Shown: positions 19,437-28,021 of the stretch, piece after piece
How positions within the stretch are numbered: the first letter of the stretch is position 1
How the letters are laid out: every line of letters begins with the position of its first letter
Assembly (NCBI GenBank): GCA_963676835.2
Contig: CAXXFF010000001.1
Coordinates: 672,001-736,000, forward strand
Direction: 5' to 3'
DNA from: Marispirochaeta sp.
GTDB lineage: Bacteria; Spirochaetota; Spirochaetia; JC444; Marispirochaetaceae
Length of the DNA stretch: 64,000 nucleotides
The notes under the pieces: model-generated
Database searches by the model: none
What the model saw: only the letters and a program-made list of their open reading frames with translations
Told to the model about the DNA's origin: nothing
Translations under genes and position numbers: made by a program

Positions 19437-20951
19437 ATGATGATTTATCTGCTTATGGCACTGCCCCTGCTGCTGGTTCCGCTTATTATGCGCTTCATCC
19501 TGACCCGGCTGATTATTCTGCATGCCCGCAGGAAACTGCTGCCCCGGGAGATGCGGGAAATGGAGGCTGGCTGGGAAACCGGAGCAGCACAGGCATTTGT
19601 CGCGGCGGAGGCAACCATTCAGCGCAGACTCAAATCCCTGCTGCCGCCGGTGTATGATATCCGCGGAGATATCGAGGAGATACTGCTGGCAGCTCAGCAG
19701 AAGCAGCAGAAAAACGGAGAATCCCCGGAAGAACTCCGGTTCAGCTTCTCTATCCGGGATGCCGCGGAGGTAGGCTTACTGGCATTCAGTGATATCTACC
19801 GTCAGATAGAAGCCCACCCTCTGCTTAAACGACTGCTGAAACTGCGGCTGCGCACCCTGGTCTGGCTCAATGATTTCAGCAGGAGCTACAGCCGTATCTT
19901 CAACCGCGGTCCCCTTGCCGGGCTCATCCGCAGCCGGGTTCCCGGGCTTATACTGCGGATAATCCTGTCTCCCCTGATCGGCCTTCCCATACTGGTATTC
20001 TACCTTCTGCGATCCATGACAGCCGGGCTGATGAGCGACGGTCTGTTCCGGTATCTCTATGTGCTGGTCCTCCTGAAGATGACCTATTACGGTATCTACC
20101 TCTACGGAGGCGAGAACCCGCTTATAGCGGAAAGACTGAAGGCACTTTCCCGGAAAGACATTGTTGAAGCGGGGAAAAAGCTTGAAAAGCTGCTGAACCC
20201 CTCCGAATGGGAGGCTATTTCTCCTTCCGGAGAAGAGGCAGCGCTGCGGATGAACGCCTTCTACCGGGACGGAGGCTTTAAAACGGATTTGCCTCTGGAA
20301 GAGATTGGACAACAGGCGCAGGCAGGTTCAGAGAAGCAAAAAAAACGGGGCAGAAAACGGCGCTTCCTGCTGCGGGAGTTCAATCATCTGAAAGGTTCAA
20401 CCCTGCTTGCGGTCCGCCGGGAACTGGGGGTAAAAAAAGAGGAATACGGCATAATAGAGGGGCTCTCCAGGCTTTTTACCCTGCTTGGAGAGGTGTATCT
20501 ACCCGGAGAAAGCACCCCCATGGAACGTCTGCGGACGGAGGATCTGCTGGCTGCGGGGTACTACACATCTATTCTGGTGCTCTCAAAACTCTATTCCGCC
20601 CCGGGTCTCCGCAGTACCATGGGCAGGATCTCTGTTGATTTTGCAGTTAAGATAAGCAGCCTCAGTGAGGACGAACTGGTCAAACAGCTTTTTTTCGGCG
20701 CCCGCAGCAGCATACGCATGGCAGGAGCTGCATCAAAAATTCACCGCATAAGCAGGATGCTCCGGGGGAAATATCATCCTGCGGGATTCGCCATCAGCTT
20801 TGCTCCGCCCCTGGCGCTGGCACACATTGAACGGAATATAAAGGGAGGAATCTATCATACAGCCGGCAGGCTGATGCTGTATATCTGGGAAAAGAACTGC
20901 TTAGCGGAGCCCCCGGATATCAAAGCCGGGTATATCCGTGCCTTTGACTGA
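19437..20951 (+). CDS. Hypothetical membrane protein
   Basis: 504-aa ORF with N-terminal and internal hydrophobic segments; no recognised motif. Confidence 0.7.
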   Translation: MMIYLLMALPLLLVPLIMRFILTRLIILHARRKLLPREMREMEAGWETGAAQAFVAAEATIQRRLKSLLPPVYDIRGDIEEILLAAQQKQQKNGESPEELRFSFSIRDAAEVGLLAFSDIYRQIEAHPLLKRLLKLRLRTLVWLNDFSRSYSRIFNRGPLAGLIRSRVPGLILRIILSPLIGLPILVFYLLRSMTAGLMSDGLFRYLYVLVLLKMTYYGIYLYGGENPLIAERLKALSRKDIVEAGKKLEKLLNPSEWEAISPSGEEAALRMNAFYRDGGFKTDLPLEEIGQQAQAGSEKQKKRGRKRRFLLREFNHLKGSTLLAVRRELGVKKEEYGIIEGLSRLFTLLGEVYLPGESTPMERLRTEDLLAAGYYTSILVLSKLYSAPGLRSTMGRISVDFAVKISSLSEDELVKQLFFGARSSIRMAGAASKIHRISRMLRGKYHPAGFAISFAPPLALAHIERNIKGGIYHTAGRLMLYIWEKNCLAEPPDIKAGYIRAFD

Positions 20952-20997
20952 GCCGGAAAAACTGTCCTGCCCTTGAGAAAATGCAGAACATTTAGAT

Positions 20998-21026
20998 TTG
21001 CTGAAAACCGTTTTCATTAGTAAGAT
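20998..21026 (+). promoter_or_regulatory. Putative sigma70 promoter with internal palindrome
   Basis: TTGCTG-17-TAAGAT, 8 nt before ATG 21035; TGAAAAC-C-GTTTTCA at 21002-21016. Confidence 0.5.
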
Positions 21027-21034
21027 TAAGCTAC

Positions 21035-22471
21035 ATGAAAAGAGTAAATCTCAGAAAAACCGGCCTGTTCTTTTTCTCCACCTTTATTGTGATTATCCTT
21101 ATTGCAGCTGCTGCATCGGGTTTTCTTATTCACATTAATGAAAAGGCTTATAGAAACAGGGTTGCCCAAACTCTGGTTTCAGAGATTTCCTACAGCAGGG
21201 GTGTTATTGAAGAGGCCCTCACCGGTACTCTGGGAGACCTCCAGAGCATTTCTGTTTTTCACTGTTTTTCAAACTTTCTGGTTGAGCCCACGGATGAAAA
21301 CAGAAAAATACTTGAGGAAACCTTCATCCGCTATTCGGACATAAAAAAAATCTATGATCAGATCAGATTAATTGATCCCCTGGGAAAAGAACTTATCCGG
21401 GTGGATTATTCCGCCGACGGTGCCCATGCGATTCCGGAGGAACAGCTTCAAGATAAAAGCCAGCGTTACTATTTCAGGGAAGCCCTGAAACTTGATCCAG
21501 GTGAAGTATTTATCTCGCGGATAGACCTCAACATTGAGAACGGAGAAATCGAAACCCCCTGGAAGCCTATGATCCGTTTTTCACAGCCGGTTTACTCCCC
21601 GGTTGGAGATCTTGCGGGAATTCTGATAATCAACCTTAAAGCAGATATATTTCTGGACAAGCTCAGCCATGTGCAGGACCAGCAGAATGGTACTCTCTTT
21701 ATTCTGGTAAACTCTTCGGGTTATTACCTGATAAATTCTTTGACTCCCGAAAAAACCTGGGGATTTATGTTCGGCAATGATTTCCGCCTTCAGAATGATT
21801 TTCCCGGAGACTGGAACAGCCTTGGAGAAAGAGGCTCCGGAATACTGGCAAGTAACGAGGGACTTACTGTTTTTACGACTATAGCAGCCGGGAGGTATAA
21901 TCAGGGAGAAGATACAGAGATGAGTCTTAAAGACTGGAGAGCTCTGTTTATACTGCCGCGGACACAATTAAATAAATCACTGCGCCTCTTCACTCTGAGT
22001 GTCAGCGGAAGCGCCGGGCTGATCATCCTGCTGACAGCTCTTCTGATGTATTCCCTCTACCGCAGTTATATATCCACCATATCCTTGACCGGACAGCTTG
22101 AATATCAGCTGAAAAGTAAAGAAGAGGTAATCGATCTACTGCAGGAGACAAACAGCAAACTGCAGGATATTACCGGCAGTCTGAAGGCCGAGAAGGAAAG
22201 TCTCTATAAAAAAAGGAATGAATATCTGCAGAAACTGTCACGGGCCACCCTGCAGCATGCCGACACCCTGACCTATCAGAAACAGCTTGAAGATGAAAAC
22301 AGGCATTTGAAAGATCTTATACAGGAATATAAAAACGAACTTTCTGAGTATTTCACCATAATAATGAACACCAATGCCCGCATAGAAGGTTTTATAACTG
22401 ATCAGGAAGAGAAAGGCAGCAAACATCGGGACAAAAAGTATGAACCCCTGCATAAAAACGTGTTGAAATAA
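21035..22471 (+). CDS. dCache sensor-domain membrane protein with coiled-coil tail
   Basis: TM-YDQIRLID..GKELIRVD..LQDKSQRYYF..DLNIENG..KPMIRFSQPV-TM; no kinase, GGDEF or MCP motif. Confidence 0.8.
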   Translation: MKRVNLRKTGLFFFSTFIVIILIAAAASGFLIHINEKAYRNRVAQTLVSEISYSRGVIEEALTGTLGDLQSISVFHCFSNFLVEPTDENRKILEETFIRYSDIKKIYDQIRLIDPLGKELIRVDYSADGAHAIPEEQLQDKSQRYYFREALKLDPGEVFISRIDLNIENGEIETPWKPMIRFSQPVYSPVGDLAGILIINLKADIFLDKLSHVQDQQNGTLFILVNSSGYYLINSLTPEKTWGFMFGNDFRLQNDFPGDWNSLGERGSGILASNEGLTVFTTIAAGRYNQGEDTEMSLKDWRALFILPRTQLNKSLRLFTLSVSGSAGLIILLTALLMYSLYRSYISTISLTGQLEYQLKSKEEVIDLLQETNSKLQDITGSLKAEKESLYKKRNEYLQKLSRATLQHADTLTYQKQLEDENRHLKDLIQEYKNELSEYFTIIMNTNARIEGFITDQEEKGSKHRDKKYEPLHKNVLK

Positions 22472-22504
22472 AAAAAGCAGTCCCTGATATTTCAGAAACT
22501 GCTT
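22469..22504. terminator. Intrinsic terminator between converging dCache gene and tRNA
   Basis: AAGCAGT..CTGA-TATT-TCAG..ACTGCTT hairpin; A-tract on the left gives a U-tract on the minus (tRNA) strand. Confidence 0.65.
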
Positions 22505-22511
22505 AAAAGGT

Positions 22512-22584
22512 TAGTGGCGAAGGGACTTGAACCCCTGACCGAACGGATATGAGCCGTTTGCTCTACCGACTGAGCTACGCCACC
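22512..22584 (-). tRNA. tRNA-Met (CAT), elongator type; CCA not encoded
   Basis: GGTGGCG TAGCTCAGTCGGTAGAGC AAACGG CTCATAT CCGTT..GGTTCAAGTCC..CGCCACT A; G1-U72 pair; lacks the initiator C1 mismatch and three-GC anticodon stem. Confidence 0.92.
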
Positions 22585-22602
22585 ATCTTAAAATGTAGCG
22601 GT

Positions 22603-22631
22603 AATATAGCAACCGGTTACGGAAGTGTCAA
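22603..22631 (-). promoter_or_regulatory. Sigma70 promoter of the tRNA
   Basis: TTGACA-17-TATATT. Confidence 0.8.
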
Positions 22632-22640
22632 GCGGGTTCT

Positions 22641-22681
22641 CATATAACTCCCGCATAACTCCATATAACTCTCAGATAACT
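22641..22681. repeat. Four phased ATAACT direct repeats
   Basis: ATAACT at 22644, 22655, 22665, 22676 (spacing 11/10/11). Confidence 0.75.
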
Positions 22682-22684
22682 TTA

Positions 22685-25372
22685 TCAGGCAAGCTTTTCG
22701 TTGCGGGCAATATCCATCAGATATCTGTTCCAGCGGTTGCCGCTTAAGAACTCGAGCCTGGATGGAACATCATCGATAACCGAACTGGTACGCTGCAGGT
22801 ATTTGAGCCCCTTGCTCAGATAGGTAATCCGCTCAAGATTCTCGTCATGGGTTTCTTCTGAAATCAGGAGTGCATGGATAAGGTAGTAATAGTAGTAATA
22901 GGGATCAAGATCGCCCAGTTTTTCTTCCCGGGTTATTTTTTCAAGCAGGGACGATCCGTTTTCCACGGGATTCCCCAGCTGTTTTTCAACAAGCCAGCGG
23001 AAGGCGCTTACACAATTGAGCAGAACTCCCCGGCCCTCGGGGGAACGGAAAGCGGCATCTTCCACATTTCTGAAACCGGAATCCCAGCGATAGGACATAT
23101 ATTTGGAAGTATCCCTTGTTTCGAACTTAACCCTCTTCTGGGCACGGCGGATAACCGTAAGGGCTGATTGAAGGTCTTCTCTGAAGTAGTAGCCTTCAGC
23201 AAGGAAAAACAGAACTTCACCTGTTTTATTCAGCCTCTCAAGCATTCCGATACCGTCACGGTATTTTCCGGCATAGATCCTTGCCCGGGCAATCCAGGCA
23301 TAGAACACCGCATGGGGAACTCCCGTAAGGGTGGCCAGAGAGAGGGTCTGCCAGAGCTGATTTTCTGCCTCCTCGTATCTGCCGAGCATAAAGGCGATAC
23401 GCCCCTTTAAAAAACGGGCAAAGAGAAGGTATGGTCCGTGACACAGCCCGGGAGAAAGATCAAGGGCTTCTGAAAGATGCCGGTCAGCCCGTGAATAGTT
23501 ACCGAAAAGAAAGAGCCCCAGCGCCCGGTTTATACAGGCCCGTATGCGGTCCACAGAAGCATTACAGGTTTTGCTGCTTTCGTAAGCCAGGGCGAAATAA
23601 TCGTTCGCTTCTTCGATTCTGCCCTTTCTGAGCATTACCATACCCAGGGCATGCTGTGCTTCTGTCACACTACAGGGCTGATCTTCTCCCTGAACATCAA
23701 AAAGAAAGCTCTTGGCTTCCCGCAGTGCCTCATCGGGCAGATTCATCCTGAGAAAATTCTCAACCATCAGCACCTGCAGATGGGACGATTCGCTTAAGGT
23801 GAGATCTCCTCCCCCGCTTATCTGCAAGTCTGTATCTGTGCCCTGATCGGCAAAAACGCTGGCCATTCCTCTGGCTATGATATAATAGTCCCTGAAACGG
23901 CGGGGAAGGGATTTCAGCAGCCCGGCGACTCCGGCAGCTGCGACAGAATCCCTCCGTTCGTACACCGCATTCAGAAGAAACCGGTAATGCTCACTCCCCA
24001 GTTCGGGCCTGACTGCAGCCGCAATTGCCGCATAGTCCATCCTGTAGATTGAAGGGATCTCATCAGAGTCGGGAGAGAGAAAAGGTGCTGCCACTGACTC
24101 AGGATATACACCGGATCCATCGGGATTCTGACAGAAGTAATACCGCCAGCCCTTTAAGATACGGCCGCTGTCCACCAGGGATACAAGAAAGCTGTCTACC
24201 ATATGCTTGGCAAGACCTGTCTCATAGAGACGCATTCTCAGTTGGGAGCAGGAAAGAAAAGGAGAAAAGCGCAGTGCGAGGTTATAAACAGTTTTCTGTT
24301 CTGATGACAGATTCAACCCTTCAGGTTCTCCAGCCCCATCCCGGACTTCAGCTTTTCTGAACTCACAGAAAGAAAACTGCCCCCGTCTGCGCCTGGGAAC
24401 GCTGTCAGCTAAAAGGAGGGTATAGAGCTCACCTTTGGCATGCATGGATGAAAGAAATCCATCGGTGATAATTCTTCCAAAACGGTTAAGCTTGTCTGCG
24501 CCGGTAATTACAATACAGGGAGTATTACCTTCCCGGCGATTAACTTCCACGTAGGCTTTTATGGTTTCACCAAACCAGGCAGCCGCATCCTTCCAGGAGA
24601 AAACAGTCATTCCCCGCAGAAGTCCTTCACCGGTGGACTGCCAGCCGGCAAGAGCATCGGGATTAATACCCTTTGCCAGTGAGCTGACGGGATTAAGGCC
24701 GAAACATCCGAGATAAGCAGCCAGGCCGGACCGCCAGGGGTAATTCAGGTCGATAAGCAGAAAAGATTCTTCAGATCCGCAGAGCACAGCTGCTCTCTGA
24801 GCAAGTCTCAGCTGTTCCGCAGGAGATAGCATATGTAAAAAAACCGGCCGCCCTTCATCCTGCCCTTCCTTCCAGAGTCCGAAATGGCCGTCGATAATAT
24901 CGACATTCTCAGCGGCTGCAAGAGAATGGAGGGGTCTGTATTCCCGGGTTTCGTCCATACGCAAAGCTTCCACCCGGTAAAATCTTCCCATAGGGGAGCT
25001 CTCCACCACGGCCTCAACAACCTGAAATCCGTCGAAAGAGACAAGGAAAACATCAATCTCAGGGATGCGGCCGGTCCACTCTCCCCGGGGATCCAGGCTG
25101 AAACGGCCGCTCCGGGGAGCATAATCAAAGGCGAGAAGAAATCCGTGAAGCTTTTTTCTGTGCTCAAGAAGAAATTCATAAAAGCCATACAGACCGGTTA
25201 TGGTACTTTCAGCATCATCATCTTCGGTGTCGGAAAAAAGGATATTTCCCTGATGCGCATATTCCCCTGCCGAGGTAAGGGTTGAGAATCGTCTGAGAAT
25301 CTCCTCAACAAGCCCCGGCTTGAGACGTCTGAGATGCTGTAAATCATTAACTTCCAATAGAATACGAAACAT
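22685..25372 (-). CDS. Large hypothetical protein with C-terminal TPR repeats
   Basis: 895 aa; TPRs such as EAQHALGMVMLRKGRIEEANDYF; GAGG SD. Confidence 0.75.
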   Translation of the reverse strand: MFRILLEVNDLQHLRRLKPGLVEEILRRFSTLTSAGEYAHQGNILFSDTEDDDAESTITGLYGFYEFLLEHRKKLHGFLLAFDYAPRSGRFSLDPRGEWTGRIPEIDVFLVSFDGFQVVEAVVESSPMGRFYRVEALRMDETREYRPLHSLAAAENVDIIDGHFGLWKEGQDEGRPVFLHMLSPAEQLRLAQRAAVLCGSEESFLLIDLNYPWRSGLAAYLGCFGLNPVSSLAKGINPDALAGWQSTGEGLLRGMTVFSWKDAAAWFGETIKAYVEVNRREGNTPCIVITGADKLNRFGRIITDGFLSSMHAKGELYTLLLADSVPRRRRGQFSFCEFRKAEVRDGAGEPEGLNLSSEQKTVYNLALRFSPFLSCSQLRMRLYETGLAKHMVDSFLVSLVDSGRILKGWRYYFCQNPDGSGVYPESVAAPFLSPDSDEIPSIYRMDYAAIAAAVRPELGSEHYRFLLNAVYERRDSVAAAGVAGLLKSLPRRFRDYYIIARGMASVFADQGTDTDLQISGGGDLTLSESSHLQVLMVENFLRMNLPDEALREAKSFLFDVQGEDQPCSVTEAQHALGMVMLRKGRIEEANDYFALAYESSKTCNASVDRIRACINRALGLFLFGNYSRADRHLSEALDLSPGLCHGPYLLFARFLKGRIAFMLGRYEEAENQLWQTLSLATLTGVPHAVFYAWIARARIYAGKYRDGIGMLERLNKTGEVLFFLAEGYYFREDLQSALTVIRRAQKRVKFETRDTSKYMSYRWDSGFRNVEDAAFRSPEGRGVLLNCVSAFRWLVEKQLGNPVENGSSLLEKITREEKLGDLDPYYYYYYLIHALLISEETHDENLERITYLSKGLKYLQRTSSVIDDVPSRLEFLSGNRWNRYLMDIARNEKLA

Positions 25373-25407
25373 ATACCTCTACATTTTCGGTGCAGAAAAT
25401 CTCTTGC

Positions 25408-25437
25408 TTGACCGCAGAAAGAAAACGATGGTAGTCT
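25408..25437 (+). promoter_or_regulatory. Putative promoter of the STAS gene
   Basis: TTGACC-18-TAGTCT with TG extended -10. Confidence 0.45.
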
Positions 25438-25533
25438 TCTCAGGTGATTTTACCTGATTTTTACGCATAAGTACAAACAGTATTATCAAGCAAAGAGAGA
25501 AAAAAACCTGAGGGCACCGCACAAGGAGAATGG

Positions 25534-25887
25534 ATGGACCTTAAAATCCGTCGGGGCGCAGATGTTTACATTATTGATGTAAACGGTGAAATGGACCTGT
25601 ACAACTCCTATAAACTGAAAGAACTGATTATGAGAATGCTTGAAAAAAAAGTACGCTCTTTTGTAATAAACCTGGCCAACGTGGACTATATCGACTCATC
25701 GGGCATAGGAGCGCTGATTTTTATCTGCTCCACCATCAGAAAAATGAATCTGGATATAATGATTGCAAACATTCACGGGTCGGTGAAAAAGGTAATTGAG
25801 CTGACAAAGCTCACCAGCTACTTTCCCATAGCCGCATCCGTCCCGGCAGCCCTCAGATCCATCAAGGAACGTAATCAGGCGAACTAA
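25534..25887 (+). CDS. STAS-domain anti-sigma factor antagonist
   Basis: GEMDLYNS and VDYIDSSGIGAL (phosphorylatable Ser); AAGGAG SD. Confidence 0.92.
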   Translation: MDLKIRRGADVYIIDVNGEMDLYNSYKLKELIMRMLEKKVRSFVINLANVDYIDSSGIGALIFICSTIRKMNLDIMIANIHGSVKKVIELTKLTSYFPIAASVPAALRSIKERNQAN

Positions 25888-27134
25888 TCGAAGGAAAGTT
25901 TGGGAGGCTCTGCACCACCTTCCCATAAAGTCTCATCTTCCGGAGTCAGTGACCTGCCATAGATTGCATCAAAAAGAAAGCGGAAATCTTCCGGTTTGAT
26001 ACTTATATACTGGCAGCCGAAAAAGGTTCTGTCCCGGTCCTGAAACTTCCGCATAATCCTGGAAGAGATCACCATTTTCCGGGGTCCCATACGCAGATTG
26101 AGATCGAGATCGGAGTAGAGTACCAGCTGATCCCGGAGCCCTTCATCGGGATGGGTGAACAGCAGCCCGGAGGCTGAAATATCCAGGATCTCCGCTTCGA
26201 AGGTTTCGTTTCTTTTAAGGGCGTGTTTAAAATATCCGTGGTTTTTAAGGGTGTACACCAGCACCTTGGAAAACTGATAGATGTATTCAAAAACTTCAAT
26301 GCCCAGGCTGATATGCTCCGACCAGACATGCAGATACCCTATGACATAATCCTGGTAGACCAGAGGACAGTAGATCTGAGCCTTTATACCCTCTTCGTGG
26401 CGGGCGCGGAAACGGTTTGTCAGTTCATCTTCACTGCCGATTATCTCCGACATATTGAGGGTATAATCCCGGGAAAGCACCTGATCACGGGTTAGAATAC
26501 GTCCGCTGTTATCCGGATCCTGAACGGGAAACCCGACCTGCATGGGAGAGACGAAAACAGATTTTCCCGTGCGGGTAATGATCTCCTCTTCCCAGCCCTC
26601 GGGTCCGCGGTCCCGAAACATCTGAACCTTGTAGTTTGCCTTGAACTCCGAGAGCCTGCGGCTGACCCCGTCCATAAGCTTCTCCAGGGTATCTTCGGGA
26701 AAGCTGTCCTGATAAACCGGCTGCTCCGCCGGGTTGTACTCTTCTGTTCTGGGAAAGGTAAGCTCGAAGGTACGGTTTTCCATGGTAAAACTGACCAGAA
26801 TCCCCCGGGGCAGGGCAATCCGTTCATACTTGCGCTGCAGATTCTTGACCATCTCATCGGGAATTCGTATCTGCAGGTAATCATCCGCTTTAACCACTGT
26901 GGTGGGAAAGGTCATTACATGGCCGAAGTAGGAGAAGAAGATACGGACCTCTTCTTCCGCGGTAAAATCAGAAAAGCCGCCGTCATCGTTATACAGGACG
27001 ATGCTCTCATCTTCAACACGGAGTATTACCGCATCCCTGGTTTTCTTGAAACCGTTTATACGGATGGGCATCTTCTTTTCTGTCACATTGGTTAGAATAA
27101 ATTCTCGTTCTACCCGTCCAACGGGAGTTCCCAT
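25884..27134 (-). CDS. PilZ-domain protein (DUF1577-like), probable c-di-GMP receptor
   Basis: QRKYER (RxxxR) and LDISASG (DxSxxG) motifs flanking a GAF-like region. Confidence 0.75.
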   Translation of the reverse strand: MGTPVGRVEREFILTNVTEKKMPIRINGFKKTRDAVILRVEDESIVLYNDDGGFSDFTAEEEVRIFFSYFGHVMTFPTTVVKADDYLQIRIPDEMVKNLQRKYERIALPRGILVSFTMENRTFELTFPRTEEYNPAEQPVYQDSFPEDTLEKLMDGVSRRLSEFKANYKVQMFRDRGPEGWEEEIITRTGKSVFVSPMQVGFPVQDPDNSGRILTRDQVLSRDYTLNMSEIIGSEDELTNRFRARHEEGIKAQIYCPLVYQDYVIGYLHVWSEHISLGIEVFEYIYQFSKVLVYTLKNHGYFKHALKRNETFEAEILDISASGLLFTHPDEGLRDQLVLYSDLDLNLRMGPRKMVISSRIMRKFQDRDRTFFGCQYISIKPEDFRFLFDAIYGRSLTPEDETLWEGGAEPPKLSFD

Positions 27135-27183
27135 AATTCAGACCTCTTTACTTAAACCTTTTACTGCTGCTTCGATGACCGCC

Positions 27184-27876
27184 TCAGCCTCCCGGAAAAG
27201 CCGAAACTGCAGGAAGCGGAAAATCCATGGAAGAGAAAGGCGCAGAAATAACCTGATCCATGGTTATATCCTGTATCCGGTATTTTCCTTCCTGATCCAT
27301 TTCCGCCCAGAGAGAACCAAGAATAAACTGATTATCCCTGATTATCTTGAAGGGAGCAAGAATATTTCCGTCCTTCTCCTCAATCCTGCCGGTAAACACC
27401 GCATTCGCACCCCGGGGAAAGAGCAGAAACTGCCGGGCCAGATGATCCCGCCAGGCCGGAGCAGCAGAATCTTCAGGAAAATCTCCGACTAATAGAGAGT
27501 CCAGAAATGAGCTGATTTCATCAGGTATTTCCGCTGACAGAGGCCCGATATCATAATCAGCCCCGTCTGTCCCATGGCCCCTGTATCCCCCGGGGCCGGA
27601 TTTATCCCTGACAGCAAAGAAAGCTGGATCCTTTACTTCCATAACTGCCGTATCCGATCGGGGGACGGGCTCTTCTTCCCGTCGGGATTCTGCGGGCACC
27701 TGTCCGGTTTCCGCCGCTTGAGTATTTTCATCTTTGCCGGGTTTTGACGGAGCCGCCGGCATCTGTATCCCCTCCCCGGGAGTCCCGGCAGCTGAGACGC
27801 TGCTCTGTTTTCTGATACAGGCGGGAAAGAGGAGTAGAAGAATCAGTACCGCAAGAAGGTATCGCGCAGATCTCAC
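27184..27876 (-). CDS. Hypothetical lipoprotein
   Basis: Lipobox-like LLFPAC; start placed at GTG 27876, 7 nt after the -10 element. Confidence 0.6.
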   Translation of the reverse strand: MRSARYLLAVLILLLLFPACIRKQSSVSAAGTPGEGIQMPAAPSKPGKDENTQAAETGQVPAESRREEEPVPRSDTAVMEVKDPAFFAVRDKSGPGGYRGHGTDGADYDIGPLSAEIPDEISSFLDSLLVGDFPEDSAAPAWRDHLARQFLLFPRGANAVFTGRIEEKDGNILAPFKIIRDNQFILGSLWAEMDQEGKYRIQDITMDQVISAPFSSMDFPLPAVSAFPGG

Positions 27877-27883
27877 GGATTCG

Positions 27884-27912
27884 ATGGTAGCTTGATTCGT
27901 TTCGTGTGTCAA
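27884..27912 (-). promoter_or_regulatory. Sigma70 promoter, probably leaderless
   Basis: TTGACA-17-TACCAT; a second TTGACA lies 12 bp upstream. Confidence 0.6.
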
Positions 27913-28021
27913 AGGCTGTGTCAAAAGCCTTTTCAAAGAGCTTTCTAAAAAAACTCTCCTTAAACCTTCCTGTAAAAAGGAGACTGGACAGCAGGCATGC
28001 GGGTTGATACAATTTTCTTCT

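Noticed and set aside
16231..22584. tRNA-anchored genomic island
   Set aside because: No integrase or transposase, and I found no duplicate of the tRNA 3' end
22512..22584. Initiator tRNA-fMet or tRNA-Ile2 identity
   Set aside because: No C1 mismatch or three-GC anticodon stem; G4/G5 rather than the C4/C5 typical of Ile2, so elongator Met is favoured
22641..22681. CRISPR array
   Set aside because: Repeats are 6-7 bp with no spacers, and there are no cas genes
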